DNA from: an uncultured Elusimicrobia bacterium
Lineage (GTDB): Bacteria; Elusimicrobiota; Elusimicrobia; UBA1565; UBA9628
Length of the DNA stretch: 64,000 nt
Reading direction: 5' to 3'
Assembly (NCBI GenBank): GCA_903881545.1
Contig: CAIRTQ010000007.1
Span: 8,417 to 72,416 of the forward strand
The position numbers and the translations under genes were made by a program. Positions 37,657 to 47,351 of this stretch are shown in pieces (the first letter of the stretch is position 1; each line of letters begins with the position of its first letter). The notes under the pieces were generated by a model that made no database searches, had not been told where the DNA came from, and saw nothing but the letters and a program-made list of their open reading frames with translations.

Positions 37657-39114
37657 GTGGCCCCGCGCATCCGGCTCCTCTGCCAGGCTGCGTTCCTGTG
37701 TTTGAGTCTTGCTGTCTTCGCCGGTTTGGTGACAGACCGCCACGCCGTCTCGCTCTACCACGGCCTGCACTTGTTCCCCACCATGTCCTGCCTGCCCTGG
37801 TTCTCCCTGCCACCGTTGGGAACATTCACGCTGGGCGTGGCCGGCGTTCTGCTGGCGGCCACGCTCCTCTTCGGCAGGCTCTATTGCTCCTTCCTATGTC
37901 CGGTCGGCTTCCTGCAGGAACTCGCCCGACAAGCGGGCCAGGCCATGGGCTGGGCGGGACGGCCGTGCCGTGGGTGGACGATGGCGCGGCTTCTTATCCT
38001 GGGCCTCTGTCTGGGGCTTCTCGCGCGGCGATCCTCGGCGTATCTCTATTTCGACCATTTCAGCAACCTGGGCCGCGTCTACGGCCTGGCGAGCAGGCCG
38101 GGTGCGGTGGAAGGCCTCATGGGCCTGGCATTCCTGGCCATTATGGTCTTGCCGCCGTTGCGCTGGGCTCGTTGGTTCTGCGGCGCGCTATGTCCTTCCG
38201 GGACCCTATTCATGCTCATGCAGACCGTTGCTCCCGGCAAGGTCCGCAGTCGGGGGAATTGCGGGGGGGATTGCGGTAGATGCGCCGCCGCATGCCCGGC
38301 CCTGTGCATCTCGGGCGGACGCATCGACGCCAAGCTGTGCGTCAATTGTCTGGAATGTTCGGCGGCGTGCTCCAGCGGCGCCATGGCCTTCCGCTTCCGC
38401 CGTCCGGGCAGGACGGCCTCGGCCAAGAGCGAAGGCGATGTCCCGGCCGCCGCGGCCTTGAGCCGGCGGCAACTGCTGGCCGCGGCCGGCCTTTCCATCT
38501 TGGGCTGGTGCGGCGCCCCTTGGGTCAGGAAGAGTCTGGCCGCGGCCGGTCCGGCCCGGGCGGTGATCCCTCCGGGCGGCAAGGCTTACGCCGATTTTCT
38601 GGAACGCTGCGTCGCCTGCCAGACTTGCGTGGCCGTCTGCCCGAGCCGGGTCCTGGCCCCTGTCGGAATGGAACTCGGCGCGGGCGGCCTAGCCAAGGTG
38701 CGGCTTGATTACGGCGCCAGCTACTGCGCCTACGAATGCAACGCCTGCCTGGCCGTTTGCCCGAGCGGGGCCATCTCTTATTTTCCCCTCGAGGCCAAGA
38801 AGCGCATCCGCATTGGCAAGTCCCGCCTTATCAAGGAAATCTGCATCCCTTACGCTTTCGGGCGCGACTGCGGCGCCTGCCAGGAGCAGTGCCCGACCGG
38901 GGCCATCACCATGGAGCCTTACCGCGAGGTCTACGCGCCGGTGCAGCATGAGGACTACTGCATCGGCTGCGGGGCCTGCCAGTTCGCCTGCCCGACGCAA
39001 CCGCGCAAGGCCATCGTGGTCGATCCGCTGGATGTCCACGGCTTCGCGGCGGCGCCGCGGGCGGCCGCCCGCCGTAAGCAGTCGGCTGGCGGCCCCGTCG
39101 GATTCCCTTTCTGA
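37657..39114 (+). CDS. Membrane-bound polyferredoxin (multiple 4Fe-4S motifs, NapH-like N-terminus)
   Basis: TM-rich N-terminus, then CGRCAAACP, CVNCLECSAAC, CVACQTCVAVCP, CNACLAVCP, CGACQEQCP and CIGCGACQFACP. Confidence 0.8.
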   Translation: MAPRIRLLCQAAFLCLSLAVFAGLVTDRHAVSLYHGLHLFPTMSCLPWFSLPPLGTFTLGVAGVLLAATLLFGRLYCSFLCPVGFLQELARQAGQAMGWAGRPCRGWTMARLLILGLCLGLLARRSSAYLYFDHFSNLGRVYGLASRPGAVEGLMGLAFLAIMVLPPLRWARWFCGALCPSGTLFMLMQTVAPGKVRSRGNCGGDCGRCAAACPALCISGGRIDAKLCVNCLECSAACSSGAMAFRFRRPGRTASAKSEGDVPAAAALSRRQLLAAAGLSILGWCGAPWVRKSLAAAGPARAVIPPGGKAYADFLERCVACQTCVAVCPSRVLAPVGMELGAGGLAKVRLDYGASYCAYECNACLAVCPSGAISYFPLEAKKRIRIGKSRLIKEICIPYAFGRDCGACQEQCPTGAITMEPYREVYAPVQHEDYCIGCGACQFACPTQPRKAIVVDPLDVHGFAAAPRAAARRKQSAGGPVGFPF

Positions 39115-39126
39115 GGCAGGCGGGCT

Positions 39127-40365
39127 TCAGCCCGTCATCAGCTCGGCCAATTCCGGGAACACGTCGCTGAAGCGGCTGTTTCTTCTCCGGTCCAAGGCGT
39201 GGATGCGCTGTCTGAATTTGTCCAACAGGTATCCGGCATCCTGGGCCACCATGAACTTGACGGCATCTTGAAATTGGCGGGCCGCTGCCGTGGCCTCGCC
39301 GCCATAACGTTCGACCAGGAATTCGGCGTGTGCGTCATATCGGTCCGCCACGCGGCGTTTTAGGCGCTCTGGCAGGATCTGCACGCTGTATTCCGATGGT
39401 TGTAGGAGGATGTTCAGGTAGATGTCCGGAGGCTTGAGGTAGCCGATCTCCAGCCACTCCTTATGAAAATCGGGCAGATGCAGGGCGTTCATGGCCGTCA
39501 AGGTGGGCGCTATGGTGAAGCTGACTTTGGGACACGCGGCGAACATCCGCTGCCTGTTGCGCAGCACTTCTTCCCAGTCCTGGTTGATCCGGATATACTC
39601 TCCTCTCTGGCCGGAGGCATCCAGGCTCGCTGCGATATCGACCCTGTTGAACCGGTCCCATAGCCGCATCGCGTCCAAGTCCCGGAAAGTCGTGGCGGAG
39701 AAATTCGTGCTGTAGCTCAGAGGGACGTCGAATCGCCCTTGTGCGGTCAGCAGGTTGAGGATGCGATAGTGTTCTTCGCACAGCAGGGGCTCCCCGCCCG
39801 CGAAATAGAAATGCTCCACGTGCGGAATCAGGGGCTCCACCTGGCGCCAGAGTTGTTGCGGGTCGCGGGTCGCGGTCGAGACCGCCGAGCCGCCGATGCC
39901 CTCCCCTTCTCCCGGCCCCTTGTGCTCTGAGCACCAGGCGCTGCTGCGGTCCGCATCGCAATAGACGCAGGCGAAATTGCAGATGTTCGAGAATCGGATG
40001 TCCAGGAAAGGCATCTGGAATCTCGCGACGCTTCCGTCCGGCGCGGTCGAGTCCACGAGGGGAAAATGGCGGGAATACTCCTGGTTCTGGGCCAGGCGCG
40101 GGCTGGAGCAGCCGACCGCTTCCAGCACCAGGCAGTTCCGGCATTCCGGGCTCGGCCTTCCCTCCAGCATGTTACCCCGGATCGTCCTAAGACCGGGAGA
40201 ATTCCATATCTGCGCCAGCGTCGATTCCCTAACGGAGCCGACCGCCTGGTCCGGGGTCGCCCTGCAGCAATGGCAGACCTTGCCGTCGGCGCGGATATTG
40301 AGGTGCACCCAAGGCACCATGCAGAAGACCTTGGAGTCTTTCAGCAATGATTCCGCTGGGCGCAT
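39127..40365 (-). CDS. Radical SAM protein with N-terminal Cys-rich (twitch/SPASM-like) region
   Basis: CNFACVYCD (CxxxCxxC), plus CHCC and CRNC motifs near the N-terminus. Confidence 0.8.
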   Translation of the reverse strand: MRPAESLLKDSKVFCMVPWVHLNIRADGKVCHCCRATPDQAVGSVRESTLAQIWNSPGLRTIRGNMLEGRPSPECRNCLVLEAVGCSSPRLAQNQEYSRHFPLVDSTAPDGSVARFQMPFLDIRFSNICNFACVYCDADRSSAWCSEHKGPGEGEGIGGSAVSTATRDPQQLWRQVEPLIPHVEHFYFAGGEPLLCEEHYRILNLLTAQGRFDVPLSYSTNFSATTFRDLDAMRLWDRFNRVDIAASLDASGQRGEYIRINQDWEEVLRNRQRMFAACPKVSFTIAPTLTAMNALHLPDFHKEWLEIGYLKPPDIYLNILLQPSEYSVQILPERLKRRVADRYDAHAEFLVERYGGEATAAARQFQDAVKFMVAQDAGYLLDKFRQRIHALDRRRNSRFSDVFPELAELMTG

Positions 40366-40415
40366 CTGCTGGAGATACTATCAATTCGGGCGCGCGGTTT
40401 TTTCCCGCAAAGAGC

Positions 40416-40445
40416 TTGCCCCGCGAGTCCCGGCCAGGATAGAAT
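40416..40445 (+). promoter_or_regulatory. Promoter TTGCCC-N18-TAGAAT upstream of sthA
   Basis: -35 at 40416-40421, -10 at 40440-40445. ATG 40456 lies 10 nt downstream, while the track start 40444 lies inside the -10 box. Confidence 0.45.
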
Positions 40446-41844
40446 GTCCAGGTCCATGGATTTCGACCTCTTCGTCATCGGCAGCGGCCCGGGTGGGGAA
40501 GGCGCGGCCATGCAGGCGGCCAAGTCGGGCAAGCGCGTGGCGGTGGCGGAGAAGTGCCAGGAGGTGGGCGGCGGGTGCCTGCATTGGTCCACCATCCCTT
40601 CCAAGTCCCTGCGCCATAGCATCACGCACCTGGCGGAGTTTCGTTCCAACCCTTTAACGGCCGAGTACGCGCGCGGGTTCAAGATCGATTTTCCGGCATT
40701 GGTGCGCCATGCCGAGGGCGTCATCCACCAGCAGGCCACCATGCGCCGCGGCTTCTACGATCGCAACCGGGTGCGCCTGCTCCAAGGCCGGGCCGCCTTT
40801 GTCGACCCGCACACGGTGGAGGTGGAAGGGCCCGACGGCGCGCGCGAGCGTTTCACCGCCGCCCATATCATCATCGCCTCGGGCTCGCGGCCTTATCGGC
40901 CGTCGGAGGTGGACTTCAGCCATCCCCGCGTGCGCGACAGCGACACCATCCTGGCCTTGGACCGCACCCCTGCATCCATCACCATCTACGGCGCCGGCGT
41001 GGTGGGCTGCGAGTACGCCTCGATGTTCTGTAGCCTGGGCCTCAAGGTCAATCTGGTCAACACCCGCGACAAGCTCTTGAGCTTCCTGGACGACGAGATC
41101 ATCGACGCCATCAAGTATCATTTGCGCGACCAGGGCGCCATCATGTGCCACAACGAGTCCTGCGCCCGCGTGGAGGCCCGCGACGACGGGGTGACCCTGC
41201 ACCTGAAGTCCGGGCAGAAACTCAAGACCGACGTCCTGCTCTGGGCCAACGGCCGCACCGGAAACACCGAGGGTTTGGGCCTGGACCGGGCCGGCCTGGC
41301 CGCGGACGGGCGCGGCAACATCGCGGTCAACGAGTTCTACCAGACCAGCGTCCCGCATATCTACGCGGTGGGTGACGTGTCCGGACCGCCCGCTTTGGCC
41401 AGCGCGGCCTACGACCAGGGCCGCGTGGCCGCGACCCATGTCCTGCAAGGCGTCAGCGACGAGCGCTTGGCGCGCTTCATCCCCACCGGCATCTACACCT
41501 CCCCCGAGATTAGCTCGCTGGGCCGCACCGAGGCTGAACTCATCGCGGCCCGAGTGCCTTATGAGGTGGGGCATTCTTTATTCCGCAACCTGGCGCGGGC
41601 CCAGATCAGCGGGCATCCGGTGGGCATGCTCAAGATCCTGTTCCACCGGGAGACCATGGAGATCCTGGGCATCCATTGCTTCGGCGCCCAGGCCGCGGAG
41701 ATCATCCATATCGGCCAGGCCGTCATGATGCAGACCAACGGCGGCAACGACCTGCGCTTCTTCGTCAACACGACCTTCAACTACCCGACCATGGCCGAGG
41801 CTTACCGGGTGGCGGCGCTCAACGGCCTCAATCGGCTGGTGTGA
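40444..41844 (+). CDS. sthA: Soluble pyridine nucleotide transhydrogenase (Si-specific)
   Basis: [14 protein letters not shown] and [16 protein letters not shown], with flavoprotein disulfide-reductase architecture. The alternative start ATG 40456 fits the TAGAAT box at 40440-40445 better. Confidence 0.88.
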   Translation: MSRSMDFDLFVIGSGPGGEGAAMQAAKSGKRVAVAEKCQEVGGGCLHWSTIPSKSLRHSITHLAEFRSNPLTAEYARGFKIDFPALVRHAEGVIHQQATMRRGFYDRNRVRLLQGRAAFVDPHTVEVEGPDGARERFTAAHIIIASGSRPYRPSEVDFSHPRVRDSDTILALDRTPASITIYGAGVVGCEYASMFCSLGLKVNLVNTRDKLLSFLDDEIIDAIKYHLRDQGAIMCHNESCARVEARDDGVTLHLKSGQKLKTDVLLWANGRTGNTEGLGLDRAGLAADGRGNIAVNEFYQTSVPHIYAVGDVSGPPALASAAYDQGRVAATHVLQGVSDERLARFIPTGIYTSPEISSLGRTEAELIAARVPYEVGHSLFRNLARAQISGHPVGMLKILFHRETMEILGIHCFGAQAAEIIHIGQAVMMQTNGGNDLRFFVNTTFNYPTMAEAYRVAALNGLNRLV

Positions 41845-41909
41845 GCCGTCATGGAATCACTTCTGTCCGGGGAACATTCTCCGATGGCGGCTTCCTATCG
41901 CGCGCTTTG

Positions 41910-41918
41910 TGATATGAT
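41910..41918 (+). promoter_or_regulatory. Extended -10 TGaTATGAT, 6 nt before the tlpA-like ATG
   Basis: TG at 41910-41911, TATGAT at 41913-41918, ATG at 41925. Confidence 0.4.
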
Positions 41919-41924
41919 TAAGTC

Positions 41925-42434
41925 ATGGGGCGGCGTCTTGCTGTCGTCGTGCTCTCGGTTGCGGCCGCTTGCTGGCCGCCGTCCGGCTGCGGCCCGACTG
42001 CGCCTGCCGAACGCCAAGCCGCTCCAGCCATCAGGCTTAAACTCTTGCAGGCGCCCGCGACGGCGCTGGACGGCTGGGGAAGTCTGCGCGGCCAAGCCGT
42101 GGTGCTGGAGTTCTGGGCCACTTGGTGCGACGACTGCGTGGCCGCCATCCCACACCTGAACGGATTAGCCGAGCGGCTCCAGGGCCGGCCGGTGCGGTTC
42201 ATCTTCATCACGAACGAGGACCCGGCCGTCGTCAAGAAATTCCTGAAGACCCATCCCCTGCGCGGCTGGATCGGCCTCGACGCTGACAGTTCCGCCTTCG
42301 CTGCGTTCGGGGTGCGCGGCATTCCCCATACCGTGGTCCTGGATCCCGAGGGCCGCGTCGCGGGACAGACCTATCCCGAACTGCTGACCCCAGGGATGCT
42401 GGAAGCCGTCCTGAACCGGCCGCTAGCCCGCTAA
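41925..42434 (+). CDS. TlpA-like thiol:disulfide oxidoreductase lipoprotein
   Basis: Lipobox-like VAAACW/SGCG and the thioredoxin motif WATWCDDC. Confidence 0.85.
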   Translation: MGRRLAVVVLSVAAACWPPSGCGPTAPAERQAAPAIRLKLLQAPATALDGWGSLRGQAVVLEFWATWCDDCVAAIPHLNGLAERLQGRPVRFIFITNEDPAVVKKFLKTHPLRGWIGLDADSSAFAAFGVRGIPHTVVLDPEGRVAGQTYPELLTPGMLEAVLNRPLAR

Positions 42435-44351
42435 GAGTCCGGTTGCGGCCAAGAGCGCTATGGCCACGCCCAACAGCGACTCGCCCGCGATGAAGCCCGA
42501 GGCCACGGTGACTACGTATTTGTCGGCGAGCTGAGGCTTCTTCTTCTCCAGGACCGTGGTGATGGCCGCGCCGATGAACATGGACAGCGCGTTGAAGAAG
42601 GGGATGACGAAGGCCAGTCCCAGGCCCATGGCCGAGGGGATGAACCTGTGGTACTTGGGGGCCATCCTCTCCAAGGTGGGGATGAGTATTCCCAGCAGCG
42701 CGCCGACCAGCAGCCCCCACCGCGCCGTGGGGTGCAAGGCCTCGAAGCCGTTGGCCAGCAGGCGCGCCACCGCGGCCCAGACCTGGGCGGAGGGGGCGGG
42801 CCATTTGTCCGTTCCGAGCGCCGTGGCGTCGGGGACCAGGATGTAGAAGGCGGGGACGACCACCACCAGGCCCGCGATAATGCCCAGGAGCTGGGCCAAG
42901 AACTGCTTACGTGGGTTGGCACCCAGCAGATAACCGGTCTTGAGGCTGGTCAGCAGGTCTGCGGAGGCCCCGGCCGCGCCGGCCGTGACGCTGGCGGTCA
43001 TGAGGTTGGTGGTGATGTTGGAGGGGGCGAGCACGCCGAACATGAGCTGGGTGATCTTGCCCATGGCTCCGATGGGCACGGTATCCGTTTCTCCCGTGGC
43101 GCGGCAGGCCACGATGGAGAGGAAGAAGGTCATGGCCACAGCTACGAATCCCATCCAGAGGGTGGTCCCAAAATAGTACTTGAGCACCGCCATGCAGCCC
43201 AGTCCGGAGATGGCGAGCCCGGTCAGGAACCACGACGCGGGCACCTCTATGTGCGCGAGCTGGTCCGCCGTCTTGGAGGCCCGGGGCAGGAATATGCCGG
43301 TGATGCCGGAAAGGGCGCGCAGCACGGTGCGCCACTGCAGGGCGAACATAAAGAGCCCCGAGGTGGCCATGAGCGAGGCGCCGGTCCAGGTGCTCCAGCG
43401 CACGATCTCGCGGTAGCCCAGCTTGGGGTCGATGGCGCCCAGCTTGGCCATCCAGGGCGCGAGCACGCCGTAGTTGATGCACGCACCCAGGAGCATGGAC
43501 CAGCCCACCTTCCAGCCGATGATGGCGCCGGCCGCGACCATGATGGTGGAGAGCTCCACGGAGATGGTCAGCTTGTCCAGGGGATAGCCGTTGATGGTCC
43601 CCGGGAATTTGAGCATGCCGGGGATGGCTAGGGCTTTTGGGATGCCGGCGTCGCGCAGCCAGGCCACGGCCGCGCCGAGCAGGCCGGCCGATCCCAGGGA
43701 CTTGGCCTTGTCCGCAGCGTCGGCGCCCTTGGTGTGCAGGCTCTTTAAGACCTCGGCCGCCGCGATGCCGCTAGGGAACTTGAGTTGCTCGACGTTGATC
43801 ATCTGGCGCTTCATGGGGATGGACATGAAACAGCCCAGGCCGGAGAGGAAGATGGTCCAGCAGGTCAGTGGGAACCAAGGGATGTGGTGACCGGTGACCA
43901 GGAGGTAGGCCGCGATGGCCGAGGTCATGGTGCCGCCGGTGGAATAGCCCGCGGAGGACGCCGTGGTCTGCATGCAGGTGTTTTCCAGGATGGTGAACTC
44001 TCCCATTGCGGGCAGCACGGCGCTCAAGGTGCGGCAGATGGCGAAGGAGAGGATACAGGCCGTGATGGCCACGCCCAGGCCCCAGCCGGTCTTGAGGCCG
44101 ACGTAGAGGTTGGAAAGGGACATGAAGGCGCCCAGCAAGGAGCCCATGATGACGGCGCGCCAGGTCAGCTGGGGCATGTCGCCCCGGTAGACGTTCTTGA
44201 GCCAGTCCGCCTCGATCTGCTCCGGTGTGAGCTTTGGCCCTTGGGATGCGCGTGCGGGTTCGCCCGTCTCGGGAAGCTCCGTGAATTCTTCGCCTCTCGT
44301 TTCCACGAGGGGCTCGCGGTGCTGGTGCGGTTCGGGCTGCTGGTCTTTCAT
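42423..44351 (-). CDS. OPT-family oligopeptide transporter
   Basis: 642 aa, polytopic. N-terminal QLTWRAVIMGSLLGAFMSLSNLYVGLKTGW is typical of the OPT family. Confidence 0.88.
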   Translation of the reverse strand: MKDQQPEPHQHREPLVETRGEEFTELPETGEPARASQGPKLTPEQIEADWLKNVYRGDMPQLTWRAVIMGSLLGAFMSLSNLYVGLKTGWGLGVAITACILSFAICRTLSAVLPAMGEFTILENTCMQTTASSAGYSTGGTMTSAIAAYLLVTGHHIPWFPLTCWTIFLSGLGCFMSIPMKRQMINVEQLKFPSGIAAAEVLKSLHTKGADAADKAKSLGSAGLLGAAVAWLRDAGIPKALAIPGMLKFPGTINGYPLDKLTISVELSTIMVAAGAIIGWKVGWSMLLGACINYGVLAPWMAKLGAIDPKLGYREIVRWSTWTGASLMATSGLFMFALQWRTVLRALSGITGIFLPRASKTADQLAHIEVPASWFLTGLAISGLGCMAVLKYYFGTTLWMGFVAVAMTFFLSIVACRATGETDTVPIGAMGKITQLMFGVLAPSNITTNLMTASVTAGAAGASADLLTSLKTGYLLGANPRKQFLAQLLGIIAGLVVVVPAFYILVPDATALGTDKWPAPSAQVWAAVARLLANGFEALHPTARWGLLVGALLGILIPTLERMAPKYHRFIPSAMGLGLAFVIPFFNALSMFIGAAITTVLEKKKPQLADKYVVTVASGFIAGESLLGVAIALLAATGLLAG

Positions 44352-44419
44352 GGGCTCTCCTGTCGACAGACGCTCCGCGGCGAGGCGGGTAGATTATAAT
44401 TGTTTTTTTGCAGAGCCGT

Positions 44420-44448
44420 TTCACCAACGGCGCGGGACTTGGTATAAT
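44420..44448 (+). promoter_or_regulatory. Promoter TTCACC-N17-(TGg)TATAAT for the ferredoxin gene
   Basis: -35-like at 44420-44425, extended -10 at 44440-44448, and a leader of about 30 nt with a GGAGGG RBS. Confidence 0.45.
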
Positions 44449-44484
44449 AAGGATGTCGCTTTAGAAGCATCCCGGAGGGACTTC

Positions 44485-44658
44485 ATGGCCTACAAGATCA
44501 GCGAAAAGTGCAACGCGTGCGGCACCTGCTTCGAAACCTGCCCGTCGGAAGCCATCGTCAAGGGCGCGCCTCAGTACCAGATCGATGCGGAGAAGTGCAT
44601 CGACTGCGCCGCCTGCGAAGCGGCCTGCCCCGAAGGCGCCATCTCAGCGGGCAGCTGA
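44485..44658 (+). CDS. 2x[4Fe-4S] ferredoxin
   Basis: 57 aa. CNACGTCFETCP and CIDCAACEAACP. GGAGGG RBS. The track start 44197 is an upstream extension. Confidence 0.88.
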   Translation: MAYKISEKCNACGTCFETCPSEAIVKGAPQYQIDAEKCIDCAACEAACPEGAISAGS

Positions 44659-44680
44659 AGCCGCCGTTCGTCGAGGCTCA

Positions 44681-44720
44681 CAACGTCCCTCAGGCTCGGC
44701 CTGGGGGACGTTGCCGTTTG
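44681..44720 (+). terminator. Hairpin after the ferredoxin gene (candidate intrinsic terminator)
   Basis: CAACGTCCC(44681-44689)/GGGACGTTG(44705-44713) with an inner CAGG/CCTG pairing, followed by CCGTTTGT (weak U-tract). Confidence 0.4.
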
Positions 44721-44731
44721 TGGTATGATTT

Positions 44732-44953
44732 TTGGGCTTGGACTTCGACTTCACCGCCGGCAACATCATCGCGGGCCTGCTCTTCTCGGGCGTGGGCTTC
44801 TGGGCGCTCATGCGAGGCAAGAAGCTGGGGAACTTCCGGATGATGGTCTTGGGCGGCCTGCTGTTGCTCTATCCTTACTTCGTCTCCACCACCTGGCTGA
44901 TGTGGGCCATCGGCTCGGCGCTGACCGCCGCCCTGTTCTTCTGGCGCGATTGA
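44732..44953 (+). CDS. Small two-TM membrane protein
   Basis: 73-aa hydrophobic ORF. The TTG start is uncertain because TGgTATGAT (44721-44729) lies immediately upstream. Confidence 0.45.
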   Translation: MGLDFDFTAGNIIAGLLFSGVGFWALMRGKKLGNFRMMVLGGLLLLYPYFVSTTWLMWAIGSALTAALFFWRD

Positions 44954-44972
44954 GGCGGCGCCCGCCGCACGG

Positions 44973-46652
44973 TCAAGGCCTTTCCGGCCGTCCCCAACCC
45001 TGGGTCAGGATGCGATGCTGGCGCGCGCGCTGCGCGTCCGTGCGCGCGACCGCGATCGGCCGGCCCTCTGGGTCTATGCCCGTGTAGAACATGGCCGTCG
45101 CGACGGTCCCAGGCGCGGGGATGAAGCACTGCGCCTGCTTCGGCTGCCAGCCGCGGGACTGGAGCCATTGCGCCAGCGCGCGCATGTCCGCTTCCGTGCA
45201 GCCGGGAAATGCGCTCATGAGGTAGGGCACCACGAACTGCTCTTTGCCCGCGGCGCGGGACTCGCTTTCAAAGAGCGCCAGGAAGCGTTCGAAGTGCTTG
45301 AACTCCGGCTTGCGCATGAGCGCGAGCACCTTGGCGCTGTAGTGTTCCGGGGCGAGCTTGAGCTGCCCGCCCGTGAATTCCCGGATCAAGGCGCGCGCGT
45401 AGGCCGGGCTCCTGAGGGCGAGGTCGTAGCGCACCCCGCTGGCGACGCGCAGGTGCTTGACTCCGGGCAGGCCGCGCAGTTCGCGCAGCAGTGCCGCGAG
45501 ACCTTCCTGGTCGTCCTGAAAATGCGGGCAGATCGCCGGCGCGAGGCAGCTCGGCCTCCGGCAGGCTTTGGGATCGGCGGAGCAGCGCGCGCCCCACATG
45601 TTGGCGCTGGGCCCGCCCACGTCCGTGAGCGCGCCGTCCCAATCCGCGCGGCGGGCGAGGCCGCGCACCTCTTGAATCAGCGAAGCCCGGCTGCGCGAGG
45701 CGATGTGGCGGCCTTGATGCAGGCCGAGCGCGCAGAAGGAACAGCCTCCGGCGCAGCCGCGGTGGGCGGTGATGCTGGATTTGATCATCTCGACTGCGGG
45801 GATGGTCTGCCGGTAAGAGGGATGCGGCTGCCGGGTGAAGGGAAGTCCGTAGAGGCGGTCGAGTTCTGGGGTGGTCAGGTGTTCGGCCGGAGGCGCGAAT
45901 ACTACGGTCCGGCCGGCATGGGCCTGGGCCAGCCAGGAGCACGAGAGCATCTGCTTTTCCAGTGCCAAGGTTGCGGCCATGAGCTTTTTGGGATCGGCCA
46001 GGATGTCCTCGTAAGAGGGCAGGTTTTGGCAGTCCGCCGGCGCGGCCTGGGAGACATAGGCGGTGCCGGGAATGCCTTGCAGATTTTCCTGGCCGGCCAG
46101 CCGCCGGACGATTTCCAGCACGGCGCGCTCGGCCATGCCGTAGACCAGGAGGTCGGCTTTGGAGTCGAGAAGGATGGAGCGGCGCAAGGAGTCGCCCCAG
46201 AAGTCGTAGTGCGCGGCCCTTCTTAAGGATGCCTCGATGCCGCCAAGCACCACGGGTAGGCCGGGGAAGGCTTGCTTGACGAGGCCGGTGTAGACCATGC
46301 TGGCGCGGTTGGGCCGGCCGCCGGCGCGGCCTCCGGGGGTGTAGGCGTCGTCCGAGCGCTTCTTGCGGAAAGCGGTGTAGTGTGCGAGCATGGAGTCGAG
46401 GGCGCCGGCGCCGACCCCGGCGAAGAGGCGGGGCCGGCCGAGGCGCAATACGTCCTGGGGCGAGTCCCAGCGCGGCTGGGCCACGATGCCGACGCGCCAG
46501 CCGTGCGCGACGAGCCAGCGGCCGAGGAGGGCGGAGGCAAAGGAGGGATGGTCGACATAGGCGTCGCCGCTGACAAGCAGGATGTCGAGCTCGGGCCAGC
46601 CGAGGCGGTCCATCTCGGCGCGGGTGGTGGGGAGAAAGAGGGGGGAGTCCAT
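44973..46652 (-). CDS. YgiQ-family (UPF0313) radical SAM protein
   Basis: N-terminal LPTTRAEMDRLGWPELDILLVSGDAYVDHPSF and CAGGCSFC cluster motif. 559 aa. Confidence 0.9.
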   Translation of the reverse strand: MDSPLFLPTTRAEMDRLGWPELDILLVSGDAYVDHPSFASALLGRWLVAHGWRVGIVAQPRWDSPQDVLRLGRPRLFAGVGAGALDSMLAHYTAFRKKRSDDAYTPGGRAGGRPNRASMVYTGLVKQAFPGLPVVLGGIEASLRRAAHYDFWGDSLRRSILLDSKADLLVYGMAERAVLEIVRRLAGQENLQGIPGTAYVSQAAPADCQNLPSYEDILADPKKLMAATLALEKQMLSCSWLAQAHAGRTVVFAPPAEHLTTPELDRLYGLPFTRQPHPSYRQTIPAVEMIKSSITAHRGCAGGCSFCALGLHQGRHIASRSRASLIQEVRGLARRADWDGALTDVGGPSANMWGARCSADPKACRRPSCLAPAICPHFQDDQEGLAALLRELRGLPGVKHLRVASGVRYDLALRSPAYARALIREFTGGQLKLAPEHYSAKVLALMRKPEFKHFERFLALFESESRAAGKEQFVVPYLMSAFPGCTEADMRALAQWLQSRGWQPKQAQCFIPAPGTVATAMFYTGIDPEGRPIAVARTDAQRARQHRILTQGWGRPERP

Positions 46653-46695
46653 CCAGGAAGATTTTATCAGTTACGGGGGACGGGAGCGTTCTTCG

Positions 46696-46724
46696 TTGTA
46701 AGTCTCAGGGCGAAGCAATATAAT
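46696..46724 (+). promoter_or_regulatory. Promoter TTGTAA-N17-TATAAT, 6 nt before the ATG (leaderless candidate)
   Basis: -35 at 46696-46701, -10 at 46719-46724, ATG at 46731. Confidence 0.5.
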
Positions 46725-46730
46725 CCTGCA

Positions 46731-47351
46731 ATGATATTCTCTAAGGCCAGACTCCTTCTGTTATCGTTGGTCTCCTCGGCTTTGCTGGTCTTCGCCGCGG
46801 AGCAGGGGTGCTCTGGCAGGTCCGCGCCCAGAACGTATTCCAGCGATAAGAACGGGTTCTCATTGCAATATCCGCGGTTCTCCAGTATCGCCGATGGCGC
46901 CGACGTCAGGACTCAAGCCTACATGGCGTGTGAAGGCTGTGGCGAGAAGTTGGCTAGGGTCTTTCAGCGATCGCGGAAAGCGGATCAGATCAGCGACTAT
47001 GAGGTCAGCGTTTGGAAGTCAACGGCCGCGGCCGATAACGGCCAATGCGGGTCGGATGCCCAGGGGCGAGGACAGGATGGTTTCCCAGCGGTGATGAAGG
47101 TCGGGGGGCTCGAATTTATTCTGCACACGGCGTCGGACGCCGGCATGAGCCATTTCGCGGACACGACGGAGTACCGAGCCGTACGCGATGGCGCTTGCTG
47201 GCAGGTACAGCTCTGCGAGTATGGGTCGTTAGCCGCGCCCTACAAAGACACGGGCCGCACGGTTTCGAATTTTAGCAAGAAGGAAGCTCGCGAGGTCTTT
47301 AGGGCAGTGCTGCGGAGTTTTCGCTTTGAAGAGAATCGGAGGTCGCGATGA
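46731..47351 (+). CDS. Putative lipoprotein, unknown function
   Basis: MIFSKARLLLLSLVSSALLVFAAEQGCSG lipobox. TTGTAA-N17-TATAAT ends 6 nt before the ATG. The track start 46272 is an extension. Confidence 0.6.
   Translation: MIFSKARLLLLSLVSSALLVFAAEQGCSGRSAPRTYSSDKNGFSLQYPRFSSIADGADVRTQAYMACEGCGEKLARVFQRSRKADQISDYEVSVWKSTAAADNGQCGSDAQGRGQDGFPAVMKVGGLEFILHTASDAGMSHFADTTEYRAVRDGACWQVQLCEYGSLAAPYKDTGRTVSNFSKKEAREVFRAVLRSFRFEENRRSR

Noticed and set aside
39127-40365. Radical SAM/SPASM-like gene as a RiPP maturase.
   Set aside because: There is no small precursor-peptide ORF, transporter or protease next to it. Its neighbours (polyferredoxin, sthA) are on other strands or unrelated.
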